A stretch of DNA of 64,000 nucleotides from a virus. A program made the position numbers and the translations under genes. The stretch covers positions 1 to 64,000 of the IMG/VR virus record IMGVR_UViG_3300046376_000226; one strand, given 5' to 3'. Of this stretch, positions 17,962-28,730 are shown piece after piece. Under the pieces are notes generated by a model. That model saw only the letters and a list, made by a program, of their open reading frames with translations. It did not search any database and was not told the origin of the DNA. The stretch's first letter is position 1. The number at the start of each line of letters is the position of its first letter.

Positions 17962-20170
17962 CGCTCTTTCGCTATGGGTGTCTCTGTTTCGCTGGCTCGC
18001 TCATTCCGTATTGGGTGTCTCTTTCTTTTTGGCTCGCTCCTATGCTATGGGCGTCTCGGTTTCGCTGGCTCGCTAATTCATGATGGGTGCCTCTATCTTT
18101 TTGGCTCGCTAATTTGTTATGGGCGTCTCGTATCTACTGACTCGCTCATTCGCTGTGGGTGCCTCGTTCTTATTGGCTCGCTTCCGCTCCTGGGGCGTCT
18201 CTGGATTCGCGGCTCGCTCGTTTACGGTGGATGTTTTTTGGTATGTGGCTCGCTCCATTGAAGTGGCTGACGCTCTTCCAACATGACTCGCTCACGGCTT
18301 TCGGATGTCTCGCGAACAATGACTCGCTCCATTGAACTGGTTGTCTCTTTCATCATGGCTCGCTCGTACGCTCTGGATATCTCTCTTTTAGCGGCTCGCT
18401 CATTTTCGATGGGTGGCTCAGCTGCTCTGACTCGCTCGCGTATCGTGGATGGCTCGTGGGCAGCGGCTCGCTCGCACTCTCTGGTTGTCTTGTGGTTCAG
18501 GGCTCGCTCGCTGCTGATGGGTGTCTCATATGGTGTGGCTCGCTCGCGGCCCTTGGTCGTCTCATTAATTTTGGCTCGCTCTTTTGTGGTGAGTGTTTTT
18601 CCTTTTGCATGGCTCGCTCGTTCATCACGGTTATCTCTCGTAGAGTGGCTCGCTCCTGTCTGTTGGGTGCCTCTTAAACCTTGGCTACTGCATTCCTCCG
18701 CTTGCGATGTATGGGGTTCTCTATCCGTTCGACTCGCTCCTCGTCTTTTGGATATCTCGTCAGGGCTGGCTCGCTCTCACCTTTTGGGGCTCTTCATCGA
18801 CAATGGCTCGTTCCCCGGCTTTGGGTGTCTTTTACGGATTGACTCGCTCATCTTTAAGGTTGTGACTCAATGGTCATGGCTCGCTTCTTATTTCTTGGGT
18901 GTCTCTTGCCAGTTGGCTCGCTCCTAGAATATGTGGCTCTGTTCGGTTCCCTTGGCTCGCTCTCATGCGATGGGGTTCTCTCACCATACGGCTCGCTATT
19001 CCGTCTCTGGGCGTCTCCGGTATTGTGGCTCGCTATTGTCCAATGGGCGTCTTATGGATTCTGGCTCGCTTCTCATTGCTGGTTGTCTCGTATTGCTCGG
19101 CTCGCTCCAACTTAATGGGTGCCTCATCTGCTTGGCTCGCTCTCTTCGCGCGGTTATCTACAATCGCATGGCTCGCTCATCCGCGATGGGTTGCTCTTTC
19201 TGAATGGCTCGCTCCCATGCCTTGGGTATCTCACTTTGCTTGGCTCGCTCTTGCGTTATGGGTTGCTCGTCATGGATGGCTCGCTCATTCATTTTGGGAC
19301 TCTCTTTTGCCATGGCTCGCTCTTTACATCGGTGGGATAGCTCTTCTGATTTGACTCGCTCGTTCTGGTTGGATGGCTCATCAGGGTTGGCTCGCTCTTC
19401 CGTCTCAGGGTTTCTGTTTTCTCATGACTCGCTCTATTTGAATGGGTGCCTCTACAACCGTGACTCGCTCGCCTATTATGGGGTGACGTCCTCTTGATTG
19501 ACTCGCTCTCTCACTTTGGGTTTCTTGCTTGGCGCGGCTCGCTTAAGCTCTATGGGTTTCTCCTTGGTGTTGGCTCGCTCATTGTGCTTGGATGGCTACC
19601 GAATCAAGGCTCGCTTTCTTTTCTTGGATATCTCTCGATTAATGACTCGCTCCTCTCAATTGGGTGACTCTTCGAGAATGGCTCGCTAGTTTATCCTGGG
19701 GTTGCTCTTCTTGTAGTGGCTCGCTTTGTTTTCGCGTGGATGATTCACCTTCTGTGGCTCGCTCTTCATTTATGGGGTTCTCACGCAGGCTGGCTCGCTC
19801 GCACATGTTGGGTATGGGTAATCTCGCGTAGTCCGGCTCGCTCCAATGATTTGGGGTTCTCTATCGCTCTGGCTCGCTCCCGCTCTGTGGATGGCTCGTT
19901 ACCTATTGGCTCGCTTGTGATTCATGGGCGTCTTGCACCATTTGGCTAGCTCCTTTCGAATGGGCTCCTCAAGTTTCATGGCTCGCTTGTATATTGTGGG
20001 ATTACTCCGAGGGCTTGGCTCGCTTTACAGACGTGGGTTGCTCCGGGTTCCTGGCTCGCTCGTGACATATGGGCGTCTCGTACCTATTGGCTCGCTCGTT
20101 TATCCTGGGTTGCTCCTAATTGATGGCTCCGCTCGTTCGGCGACGGTTGTCTTTTGGGGCTCGGCTCGCT
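17962..20170 (-). ncRNA. TIGR array: about 60 units of 36 nt, AGCCA-N9-AGACRCCCA-N9-AGCG
   Basis: Manual parse of the + strand: CGCT-N9-TGGGTGTCT-like-N9-TGGCT with period 36 (range 35-43). Two conserved motifs alternate with two variable 9-mers. Confidence 0.92.
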
Positions 20171-20517
20171 CTCCGAAAACTTCGTAGAGCTTGCCGCCAA
20201 AAGACAGGTCATTTTGATTGGTTTGGACCCAATCATATTCTCTGATAATTACCATAAAAAATGCCCTTTTCGACCCCCGCTTTAAACGCACCAGGTTGAC
20301 CGCAGGCGCGTCGCAAGGCCGAGCAGGTGCATTGGACCTGTGCGCAACGTTGCGCATCCTGGGGCATCCTCGAGCGTTTGTGGGCCATAGCCAAATGATG
20401 ACATGTGTCAGGGTTTGCGCCTGGTTAAGTACTCCGAAAGCGCGATCAGCGTGAAGTACAAGATGATCGCCAAGGCACCACTCAAGAACCCTAGAAGGAA
20501 AGTGGTTACATCCATAC

Positions 20518-21821
20518 CTATTGGACTAGCAGGTTCCGGATAATGACTCCAGCGCAGTCGCGCGCTGAGACGTGGGTGCCAGCCGGTGCGTTATCCTGGA
20601 GCGTCTGCCGCCAGTCCTCTGCCATGACGGCCGACAGCAGTGCCTGACCCTCTGAGCCCTTGGTCCAGGCGCTTGCTATCTGGATGATATAATGCCGGAC
20701 CCGTTCCCAGTACCGGGCATCGCGGTCGTAAACAGTCGCTTTCATTTTGCCGCCTCGCACCATTTGTCAATGACCCGTTGGGCGGCTGCTATGGCCTGCC
20801 CGAGGCTTTCATAGTAGCCAGTGGTCTGGCCATCGGCGTGAGCCATCCAGGTGAGCACTCCCTGACTATAATAGGAGTGGATGCCGATCTCGTGCTGCCG
20901 GTATTCGATTACGTGATCGTATCGGACCAGCCGGTCGTTAAGTCTAAATGCGTACCTCATAGTGGAATCCATTTACCCTGGACTAAGCGAGCGGCGGCTT
21001 TGATGTCGCCGTAGCCTTTGCGCGAATCATACGTCCGGACTTCGCCGCCGTTAGCCAGGCGGACGCCAATGGTGCTCCCTTTGACGAAGATCACCTCGGC
21101 GGGAGTATTGTTGCCTCCCTTACCGGTGACTAGAACGTAGTCACCGGCTCGTAGCGTGCTCACTTTCATCGGGAGAGAGCGTCGTAAGTACTTGGGCTTT
21201 CCCACCGGTCATGAAGTGCGATCGGTTGTTCGCTCGGGAACCGGCTATCACTGGAATAGATGAAGTTCCCGCCAAACATTGGACCCACTAAACCCTTTGG
21301 TTGATAAACTGGTTCAGCGTGCAGATAATTTCCTCGGCGCACCAAGCGCACAGGAGGTCGTTCTGGGTTGGGTGCGAAGATCTCAGCCTCTTTACCCAAC
21401 TCGACTAAGGTCACTTCCTCGCACTGGCTGCTGACGCCTCCGTTGCTGCAATCCCAGCCGCATTTGTAGATCAGGCATACGAGCCCTAGCATAGATTCAG
21501 AGTTGCTCATAGCTCACCTCCGTTGCGGCTGCGCCAGTACTCCATCACGTACTCACGCAGTGCCTGCTTAGTGGGTAAGCCGCCCAGTCCTTTATTGGCA
21601 ACGGTATCCCTGCTGACAGACCATTGGTCCTCGGACTTGAGGTCCGCATAGAACAAGCCTCCCTGCTCGTACCAGTAGCCAAGCGGATGGTAATCACCTC
21701 CGTTTGTCAGTTTGGTGCTATCACCGGTCAAGCGAGGTCGACCCGGTCCGTCGCTACCGCAGGCCACTACCAGTCCACTTTTCCTCAGTACCACGCGCCG
21801 TTTGCCATACATCATGCTCAT
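20518..21821 (-). other. Run of five small overlapping early hypothetical ORFs (20518-20763, 20742-20972, 20957-21205, 21166-21510, 21507-21821)
   Basis: Head-to-tail minus-strand ORFs with overlapping start/stop codons. Confidence 0.6.
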
Positions 21822-22279
21822 AGCGCACCTCCTTCCATCAGGGCGGCGCAGTCAGGCCCGATTCCCCGGTCTATCGACTCGGGCACAGTCAGCGTGCGCC
21901 CACAGCGCCCACAGCGTCCTTCATGCCTCACCACTAGCTCTGGGTGCAGTTCGGTGCTCGTGTAAAAGAACCGGAACGCAGCCACTGGGCCAGTCGCGAT
22001 GCCTAAGCGGCTTTTGGCCGTGAGCGTGAATTGCCCATTGCGAATTAAGCCCAGGTAAGTGAACCCGTCGTCATCCGCTGAACCGCTAGTCAGCAAATTG
22101 ACGAAGTAGACGCCAGGCTGGGGCCGCTGGGTTTGCCGGTCAGTGGCCTGTTTTACTTTGTACGTGTAATGGGTGCCAGTCCGAGTGGACTGTAGAGTGA
22201 GAATGGCGTTGCCAGCGAGTGCGAAGGCTTTCGCGTCCTCGATGCTGGCAAACTTGTGGTCGGAAACTTCAGCTTGCAT
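21818..22279 (-). CDS. DUF6011-like Zn-finger protein
   Basis: C-terminal GRCGRCGRTLTVPESIDRGIGPDC. Confidence 0.8.
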   Translation of the reverse strand: MQAEVSDHKFASIEDAKAFALAGNAILTLQSTRTGTHYTYKVKQATDRQTQRPQPGVYFVNLLTSGSADDDGFTYLGLIRNGQFTLTAKSRLGIATGPVAAFRFFYTSTELHPELVVRHEGRCGRCGRTLTVPESIDRGIGPDCAALMEGGAL

Positions 22280-22285
22280 ATCTTC

Positions 22286-22325
22286 TTCTTAAGGCCGGAG
22301 CCTTTGATTGTCAAGGGCTAATCAA
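22286..22325 (-). promoter_or_regulatory. Repeated promoter cassette (copy 2)
   Basis: TTGATTAGCCC-TTGACA-17-TAAGAA; ATG 7 nt downstream. Confidence 0.7.
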
Positions 22326-22642
22326 GCGTCTTGGATCTTATTCGGAAAGAAGCTTTCCAGGGCGTCAGTTTCCCCATAGCTCTGAAGCCATTCAAACGCT
22401 TCGTCATCAGTGAAGACCTGCCACTGGCTCCCGCCGCACCAGGAATTATTCCCGCAGGATTGGGCGTATCGGGTCAGTGCCCCACCTACGCCAACCATAA
22501 AGAATTGGCCCTTAGGCGTCCGGTAGAGGGTTTCGGTCACAGAATGGAAATCGGAGGGCGAAAGCCGGTTCCAATATTCCGCGATCTTAGTGGCGGTTTC
22601 AGTGTTGTAGCGTTTGCCTTCGATGATCTTAATGGTTTGCAT
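22322..22642 (-). CDS. Phage hypothetical protein
   Basis: KIIEGKRYNTETA...ETLYRTPKGQFF...GG motif, familiar from phage early genes. Confidence 0.7.
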   Translation of the reverse strand: MQTIKIIEGKRYNTETATKIAEYWNRLSPSDFHSVTETLYRTPKGQFFMVGVGGALTRYAQSCGNNSWCGGSQWQVFTDDEAFEWLQSYGETDALESFFPNKIQDA

Positions 22643-23381
22643 ATACGTTTTTTCTTTATTGAGTTTGGTTGTTAATTGGAAATCAATCGAGCGTCTCTTG
22701 CTCCCAGTGTGTGCCCAGTTCGGCCAGTTTCTCCACTAACCACTGGTAATCATCAGGTATCATGCCTTCAGTAAGCCGCCCTGATTCAATCATGTCGGAA
22801 AGTCCATCGTGGAGTTCGCCGTAACCAAGGAGCGTCTCGTGCTCCTGGTCGTTGGAATCGTCCTTTAATTGCATGCTCATATGTCTCGTTGTTCGTTTAC
22901 AGAGTTTTCAGTGTCGCGGTTCGCGGCGGCGCAGTAGCCGCAGATCTGATCCTCGGCCGGACATTCACCGCCACACTCGATGCAGCGTCCTTCACCGGAC
23001 TCTTCGTCCGGCTCTGGCTGGGGCGCGTCATCGAGGTCGCTGCGGGTTTTCCAGGCGTCGTAGCTCATAGTTCCTTTACGGTTTCGCGAGTTATGTACTG
23101 GTTGAGATTGTCGGAGTATTCCTCGCTAAATTCCTCGTCTGCTTCCGCTCTGCTTTCCGCGTCAATAACCACTTCGCAAGTGATGGTATATTTGAAGATC
23201 ATTGGATCTCCTCCTTTCCGTCGCGCGCGTAGATCCGATAAACCTCATCTTTAAACGCTGTCATTTGAGCCATCGCAAAAAGCTCACCCCGTCCAGTATT
23301 TTGGAAATGCTTCAATTCCAGCTCTAGTTGAAGGGCGATCTTTTGGAGTTCTTTCTCTTTTGCTATTTCAATCATACCTCA

Positions 23382-23420
23382 CCTTTAAAGCCGGACGTTT
23401 GAATTGTCAAGTGAATATCA
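23382..23420 (-). promoter_or_regulatory. Repeated promoter cassette (copy 3)
   Basis: TGATATTCAC-TTGACA-17-TAAAGG; ATG at 23375. Confidence 0.7.
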
Positions 23421-24833
23421 AAGCGCCATGCCTTTTCGAATAAATGCTGCAACGCTTGCGGGACTGTAAGACTTGTGATCGCCGTCGATATTCACCTCGA
23501 CGTAACACATCGTTTCTCTCGTTCTGTCTTCGTGCTCTCCGAATATCGGAATGAAATACCTATGAGTGCTGACGCCTTCCCGCAGCCGGTCCGCGTGATA
23601 TGATTCGCCTTCGTAGACCTTGATAACTTTCTTCATTGCTCCTCCCGTGCCGGTGACCCGAATTGGCTCATTTGCTGGCAGTCCACTACGAATCGAAACA
23701 TTTCTTCAGCCTCTTCAATTGCTTTCGCCGCCTCATCGACTGCTAGCCTGTATTCCTTTACATTGATCAGGGCTATAACCTCATCGGATCTCGATTTTAA
23801 AGCAGTAACCGAGTTGCGTACTCCGGTTTCGTAATGAGACATCGGACGTTATTCGAGGCATAATTAGTTCAGGCCGTGACTTTGCGCCTCTGCAATTCGG
23901 CCTCTAGCGCCTCGGTTGAGAAATCAGCTAACGGATTGTGATCCTCGGAAACGATCTCGTGTTTGCGCTCCCATTGGCGGGCCTCGTTCGCCGCTAACCG
24001 GCAGGCTCTGGCCAGACCCTCATTGTCAGCTTCCATGGATTCGCAATAGGCCGTGGCCTCATCGATTACTGTGTCCAGAGTCTCGCCGTTGATGCGCTCG
24101 ATCTCGCCTCCGTTCTCCTGAAAATATCCCTGATTGCTCCCCCATCTCGTGTCGATCCTGGCACGGTAATCCCCATTCGCCATGAGGAAAAAAGTCACCT
24201 CCTTGTACCGGATTGAGCCGCCGGGAGTCTGGTAGTGTCCCTGGTCGTTGGATGCTATTTCGAGAGCCTTGTCAATTTCACTGAGTTTGATTGTGTTCAT
24301 CGGATTTTGGTTCGCGCTTTAATTGCGCCTGCTGCCTCCTGTCACGCGAGGCAGATGGCGAAACTAGATTCTCATCACGATCTCAGAATTAGGTTGCAGG
24401 CTATCCACAGAGCGCTGGCCCTGATCCAACGCTGGCGCATATCAGCGTTCTCCCTGGAATGAGGTTTCAGCTCGCAGAGGAGTAAGTCTAACGCGCCTCG
24501 GATCTCGAGCAGATTCTCCGGCGTCAACTGTCGCAGCGTTGGCAATACCTCGGCTTGGATAGACTCGTTGAGTTCAACGTCAGTCATGGCTAGCGCACCT
24601 CCTCTTCGGTCCCATGAAAGGCAGCCGAGTTCAGCGCCGAGTTAGCGCGCATAAGGAAGGTATTAGCCGAGCGCAATTGAGTGCGCGCGGTTCTGAGCCA
24701 ATAGAGCCGGTCGACGTTAGTCTCTGTGGCGATAGCACCATTGAGCCGGTGTTCCATGGTGCGGAGGTTCTGGTACACCTCAGAGTTGAGGTCAGTCCAT
24801 TCGCTGTTGAAGGGGAAGGTTTGCATGGCTTTA

Positions 24834-24872
24834 CTCTTAAACGATTGGGATTTGATTGTCAAGTGAATATCA
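24834..24872 (-). promoter_or_regulatory. Repeated promoter cassette (copy 4)
   Basis: TGATATTCAC-TTGACA-17-TAAGAG; ATG at 24826. Confidence 0.7.
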
Positions 24873-25349
24873 AAGGCTAAATGTCCTTTTGATAATACTT
24901 CCAGTGAGACGCCTCCAGCCATTCGGCCATATGCGTCCGGAACGTTGCCGAATTGATCTCGGTGACATCGCCCTGGTGCTCTCGGTAAAACCGAGTCGGC
25001 ACCCCATCGGTCGTAGAGGCCCACATCGTGAGCCGTATCCAGACGCCCAGTTTGACGGCGTAATTGATATCCGCCAGTTTGCGGTAGCTCGACTGGAGTC
25101 CGAATCGTTTGCGGTAGTCGATGTTCATTGGTTACCTCCAAGCGGCTGGTCCAGGCGATCGGCGTAATTGATCGCAATCTGCATTGCGTTTTCCTGACCC
25201 ATCGCGATGGCTTTCCAGTCCTTGTCAATCTGTATGCTGTACCAGCCCTTGCTGATTTTGGTCACGTACAGGATGTAGCTGGAGTAAGAGGCCCATCTGG
25301 TGAGCGAGCCGCTTTTATGCCAGTAGAGTTTCGGTGCTTGCATGGCGTG

Positions 25350-25388
25350 AGCTTAAGGCCAGGCGTTTGAATGTCAAGGGCTAATCAA
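25350..25388 (-). promoter_or_regulatory. Repeated promoter cassette (copy 5)
   Basis: TTGATTAGCCC-TTGACA-16-TAAGCT; ATG at 25343. Confidence 0.7.
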
Positions 25389-26344
25389 ATGGGGCCGCAA
25401 CTTTCCCCAAAGGCACCAGCTGGCCGGACCCAAGTTGCGAGCCTGATTGAGCCTGACCAGTTGACATCGTTGGCCTCGGCTACCAGGGCGGGATCTCGCG
25501 TCGCGGCATAAGCAACGCCCAGGGCGGCTTTCTGGCATACCGTTTTACCCTGGCGATCAATGGTCTTACCGAATTCGGCTTCATAGGCTGCGATCCGGTT
25601 AAACTGGCCCGGAGCTACGGCCCGGGCACTGGCCCATTGGTTAGAGTTCCCGAAAATGCAGGTTAAGCAGGACAAACGGCCCCAGCCCAGCCGATAGGCT
25701 GGATGCATATTGATGCGGTGCCGCTCGATGATTGCCCAGACCTGGTCCTCAGTCCATTTGTGGACTGGGCGCAGCCGGTCAACGTGGCGGCTCTGGCAAT
25801 TGGTCCGGTCCGGCTCAAACTCAGCGTAGCGGGCCCGAGCGGCAGACTCCTGGGCGCGTTCGCCGCTGATGACCAGTGTGCGTTTGCCTTTGAAACGCGG
25901 CTGGTTAGCCAGGGCGCTGTCGCACACATCAATCTTGAGTTTAGCTGAGCACCAGCGCTTGGAGAGATCAGGCGTAACCTGGGGAAACAGACGGCGCGTA
26001 TTTAATGGCCCGGTTGTTCCACCGGCACTCTTGATGCCGTCCGGAGTCTCGAAAATGCTCGGTGCGGTGCGCGTGTTCTGGCGCAGCATCTCGCGAGCGA
26101 AGCCGCCCTCACGCCAAGAGAAGTAAATCTTGACGCCAAAGGCGCGAGCAAAAGCTTGGCAATAGGCCCGAGTACTGGGCCAGTCCATCAGGTGCTCAGC
26201 GTCCTCTCTGCCATCAATATCATGATGCCAGAGTTCAATCTTGGACAGCTCAACCCCCGCTTCCACTAGGGCAAGGAAAGAGGCAATGGAATCTTTGCCC
26301 CCGCTAAAGGCGACAACGTAGTAATCGTAATCGAGAGGAATCAT
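25385..26344 (-). CDS. PAPS reductase family (adenine nucleotide alpha-hydrolase) protein
   Basis: PP-loop AFSGGKDS, RWCSAKLKI, GERAQESAARA, RPVHKWTEDQVW, HPAYRLGWGRLSCLTCIF. Confidence 0.9.
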   Translation of the reverse strand: MIPLDYDYYVVAFSGGKDSIASFLALVEAGVELSKIELWHHDIDGREDAEHLMDWPSTRAYCQAFARAFGVKIYFSWREGGFAREMLRQNTRTAPSIFETPDGIKSAGGTTGPLNTRRLFPQVTPDLSKRWCSAKLKIDVCDSALANQPRFKGKRTLVISGERAQESAARARYAEFEPDRTNCQSRHVDRLRPVHKWTEDQVWAIIERHRINMHPAYRLGWGRLSCLTCIFGNSNQWASARAVAPGQFNRIAAYEAEFGKTIDRQGKTVCQKAALGVAYAATRDPALVAEANDVNWSGSIRLATWVRPAGAFGESCGPI

Positions 26345-26347
26345 GGC

Positions 26348-26781
26348 TTAGTGTTCCCCCAGTATCCGGCAGACTCCGGCCCAAGTGAGGTTCTCAATCG
26401 TCTCAAGGCCCAAACTGAGACTGTAATAGTAGTCAACGTGGTATTGAGCCCCCTGGTAGGTGCGGACGTAGGTATCAAGAATCAGAGAACGGCCAGTCTT
26501 AGCGTAGACAATGCGGCTAGACTCTTTTCTGGTGGAAACCGTTGCTTGCATTAGCGCACCTCCTTTCGGAAAAAGTCTGAATGGACTTCGCCATCGACAA
26601 TCACCTGGGAATAGGTGAGCGGTGAGGACATTTCAGCAGAGCGTTGGTACTCGTCGGTGAGGTAGTACCTCGCCCTATCCCTGGCTTGGGCGATCGTATC
26701 GTTAAAGTCGTCCCAGATATCGCACTGACCGGCTTCGACTTGCTCCTGGGTATGAGCGGCTGCTACGATGATGCTTTTCAT
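26348..26781 (-). other. Two small early hypothetical ORFs (26348-26551, 26551-26781)
   Basis: Coupled ORFs downstream of promoter copy 6. Confidence 0.55.
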
Positions 26782-26790
26782 TGGACCTCA

Positions 26791-26828
26791 CCTTTAAAGC
26801 CGCAGCATTTGATTGTCAAGTGAATATT
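26791..26828 (-). promoter_or_regulatory. Repeated promoter cassette (copy 6)
   Basis: AATATTCAC-TTGACA-17-TAAAGG; ATG at 26781. Confidence 0.7.
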
Positions 26829-27038
26829 CAAAGCATGAACGCACTTTTCTGGCATTCTTACCAGCTAAACGCCTTTAGGCGGTCAACTGCGCTTCATAAG
26901 TGCCTCAAAATCAACCAAATTGTCGGCGGCGCGCCGATGCCGGACGTTGCGCATGTTACCAAAGTTTCCCTTATTTAAGCGTCCAATTTAGGGCAAATTA
27001 ACAATTTTCCGCCGGCGTAAAAAGTCTTAGCCTCGCCT

Positions 27039-27602
27039 ATGTCACTGCCGCAGATCGATCTCGCCGCTATCCTGGACCAAGCCGAGGAACATCCTAAGAA
27101 GAAGCGTAAGAGCGCTATCGCCCAGATCCAGGCCCGCACCACAGTCGCCCCAGACGCCCCGGCGCCGCACTTAGAGGAAATGATCCAGGAGTTGGGCGCT
27201 GAGCCCACCCAGAACGCCGTAGAAGCCTGGAACGCTATTGTGGCTGGCAGGCCCATCATTGATGTGGCTCACGCCCTGGGCATCTCTATTGAACTGTGCC
27301 GTCACCTGATCAGAGAAGTGCATGCTGCCATCTATGAGGACCTCAAAAGCGCCGTTGACCTAAACCGTCAGATCGATCTTGCCCGGATCGATCAGATCCT
27401 AATGGCATTCTTACCAGGAGCTAAAATGGCAGATCCGGATGCCGCCAACATCGTGTTGAAAGCCCTAGCCCACCGAGCTAAACTCACGGGGCAAGAGCCA
27501 GACCCAGGCCCGAGCCGTACTGAGCCCAAGAACGTGATGGTCTGGATACAGAACCAACTGCCTTCCATTAACCGTATCGTAGACAGTTTACCAATCGAAT
27601 GA
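27039..27602 (+). CDS. HTH protein, possible terminase small subunit
   Basis: HTH-like IIDVAHALGISIELCRHLI, then helical LARIDQI...AANIVLKALAHRAKLTG. Confidence 0.55.
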   Translation: MSLPQIDLAAILDQAEEHPKKKRKSAIAQIQARTTVAPDAPAPHLEEMIQELGAEPTQNAVEAWNAIVAGRPIIDVAHALGISIELCRHLIREVHAAIYEDLKSAVDLNRQIDLARIDQILMAFLPGAKMADPDAANIVLKALAHRAKLTGQEPDPGPSRTEPKNVMVWIQNQLPSINRIVDSLPIE

Positions 27603-28278
27603 CTGAGCTAGAACTTTACCAGATTACTAGCCGCACTTTTTGCGCTGGCGCTTTCGTTCACCAGGGCCGGATCGTCAAGGCCGCGCCTATCCTGCGCCGT
27701 TATGTGCGCTGGACTCTGGCCGAGCTGGCTCGCCAGTATCCGGACTGGAAGATAGAGCCAGCCGAGCCTGTGCTCCTGCCTGTAGCTCTTTCTGAATCTG
27801 AAGACCGCGACTCTGATTAAATGAACATCAAACGGCGCACCTTCTTTGGCACCATCGTTTTCGCGTTCGCCAGCCTGTTCGTCCCGCGAGCTAAGCCTGA
27901 TCTACTAGGCGAGATGCTGGACCAGCGTTACCCAATCCAGCGTCAGTTCACCAACCGGCACCTCGGCCGCTACGAAGGGCGCGAGATCCCCAAAGGCGCA
28001 GTGTTCAGCCAACCCTGCGGCAGATTCAACCCGGCTGGACCTAAACTGGCACTTGCTAAACTCCAAAGCGTAACCAGCAACTCATGAGCACCCATCACGG
28101 TCGACCTTCTCAGGTTGTCCGGTGCCTCCATTGCAAGCGTCCCTTCAAAGCCTACGCTTACCGACTCCGCAAAGGTCAAGCACGCTTCTGCTCTCATGCC
28201 TGCGTCTCGCATGCTTGGCGAGCGTGGCTTGCGCTTTGCGCTAAAGAAGCTGAAGAGCAACTTGGCAAGGCTGCTTAA
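27599..28278 (+). other. Three small plus-strand ORFs (27599-27820, 27821-28087, 28084-28278)
   Basis: Coupled ORFs; the last has CLHC...RFCSHAC Zn motifs. Confidence 0.55.
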
Positions 28279-28730
28279 GGCTCATTCGGAGTGCGGCCTG
28301 CGCAAACTCTGGCGCTGCGCCTCGATGCGCTTCTGCGCCAGGCGCACGTCCTGCATCCAGTAGGGCTCAGCCCCCAGCTCCAGCTTGTCGATGGCTTGGA
28401 CCAGCCGTTTGGCGGTCACATCAATGGCGTTCTCCAGTTCATTTGTCGAAATGTCATCATGCGGTTCAGGCTCGGAATTGGGTGCTTTCATAAGTGCTTG
28501 TCGTTGTGTGTGTTAGCCATAACTACATACAATAAAGGTCATATAAAATAGACTGTGCCAACGTTGCGCAGTCGGCGCGCCGCCGGACGCGGCCGCCAGG
28601 CGGGAGGGCGACCCTCCCGGCATAATGCCGGAACACGCCGGGGGGTATTGCCCGCTTTTGGGACTCCGGTTTAGGCATTGCCATCCTTACAAGCCATGGC
28701 CCGACATTTTTATAAAAAATCATTGCCGAG

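Larger units (their letters stand above)
22683..25343 (-). other. Cluster of small early hypothetical ORFs (22683-22880, 22877-23068, 23418-23636, 23633-23842, 23869-24300, 24375-24587, 24590-24826, 24877-25128, 25125-25343)
   Basis: Tightly packed minus-strand ORFs interleaved with the repeated promoters. Confidence 0.6.

Noticed and set aside
17962-20170. CRISPR array
   Set aside because: Conserved blocks and variable blocks are each only about 9 nt, with two alternating repeat types, and there are no cas genes in the window
17962-20170. Diversity-generating retroelement or retron
   Set aside because: No reverse transcriptase and no TR/VR pair in the window
17905-20187. Many plus-strand ORFs with GSL/ARS/WLA periodicity
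   Set aside because: Artefacts of the 36-nt period. They appear in all three frames and shift at indel units, and conservation is at the nucleotide level.
24590-25228. 212-aa ORF as called
   Set aside because: The upstream part overlaps two better ORFs and a promoter; the real gene probably starts at ATG 24826
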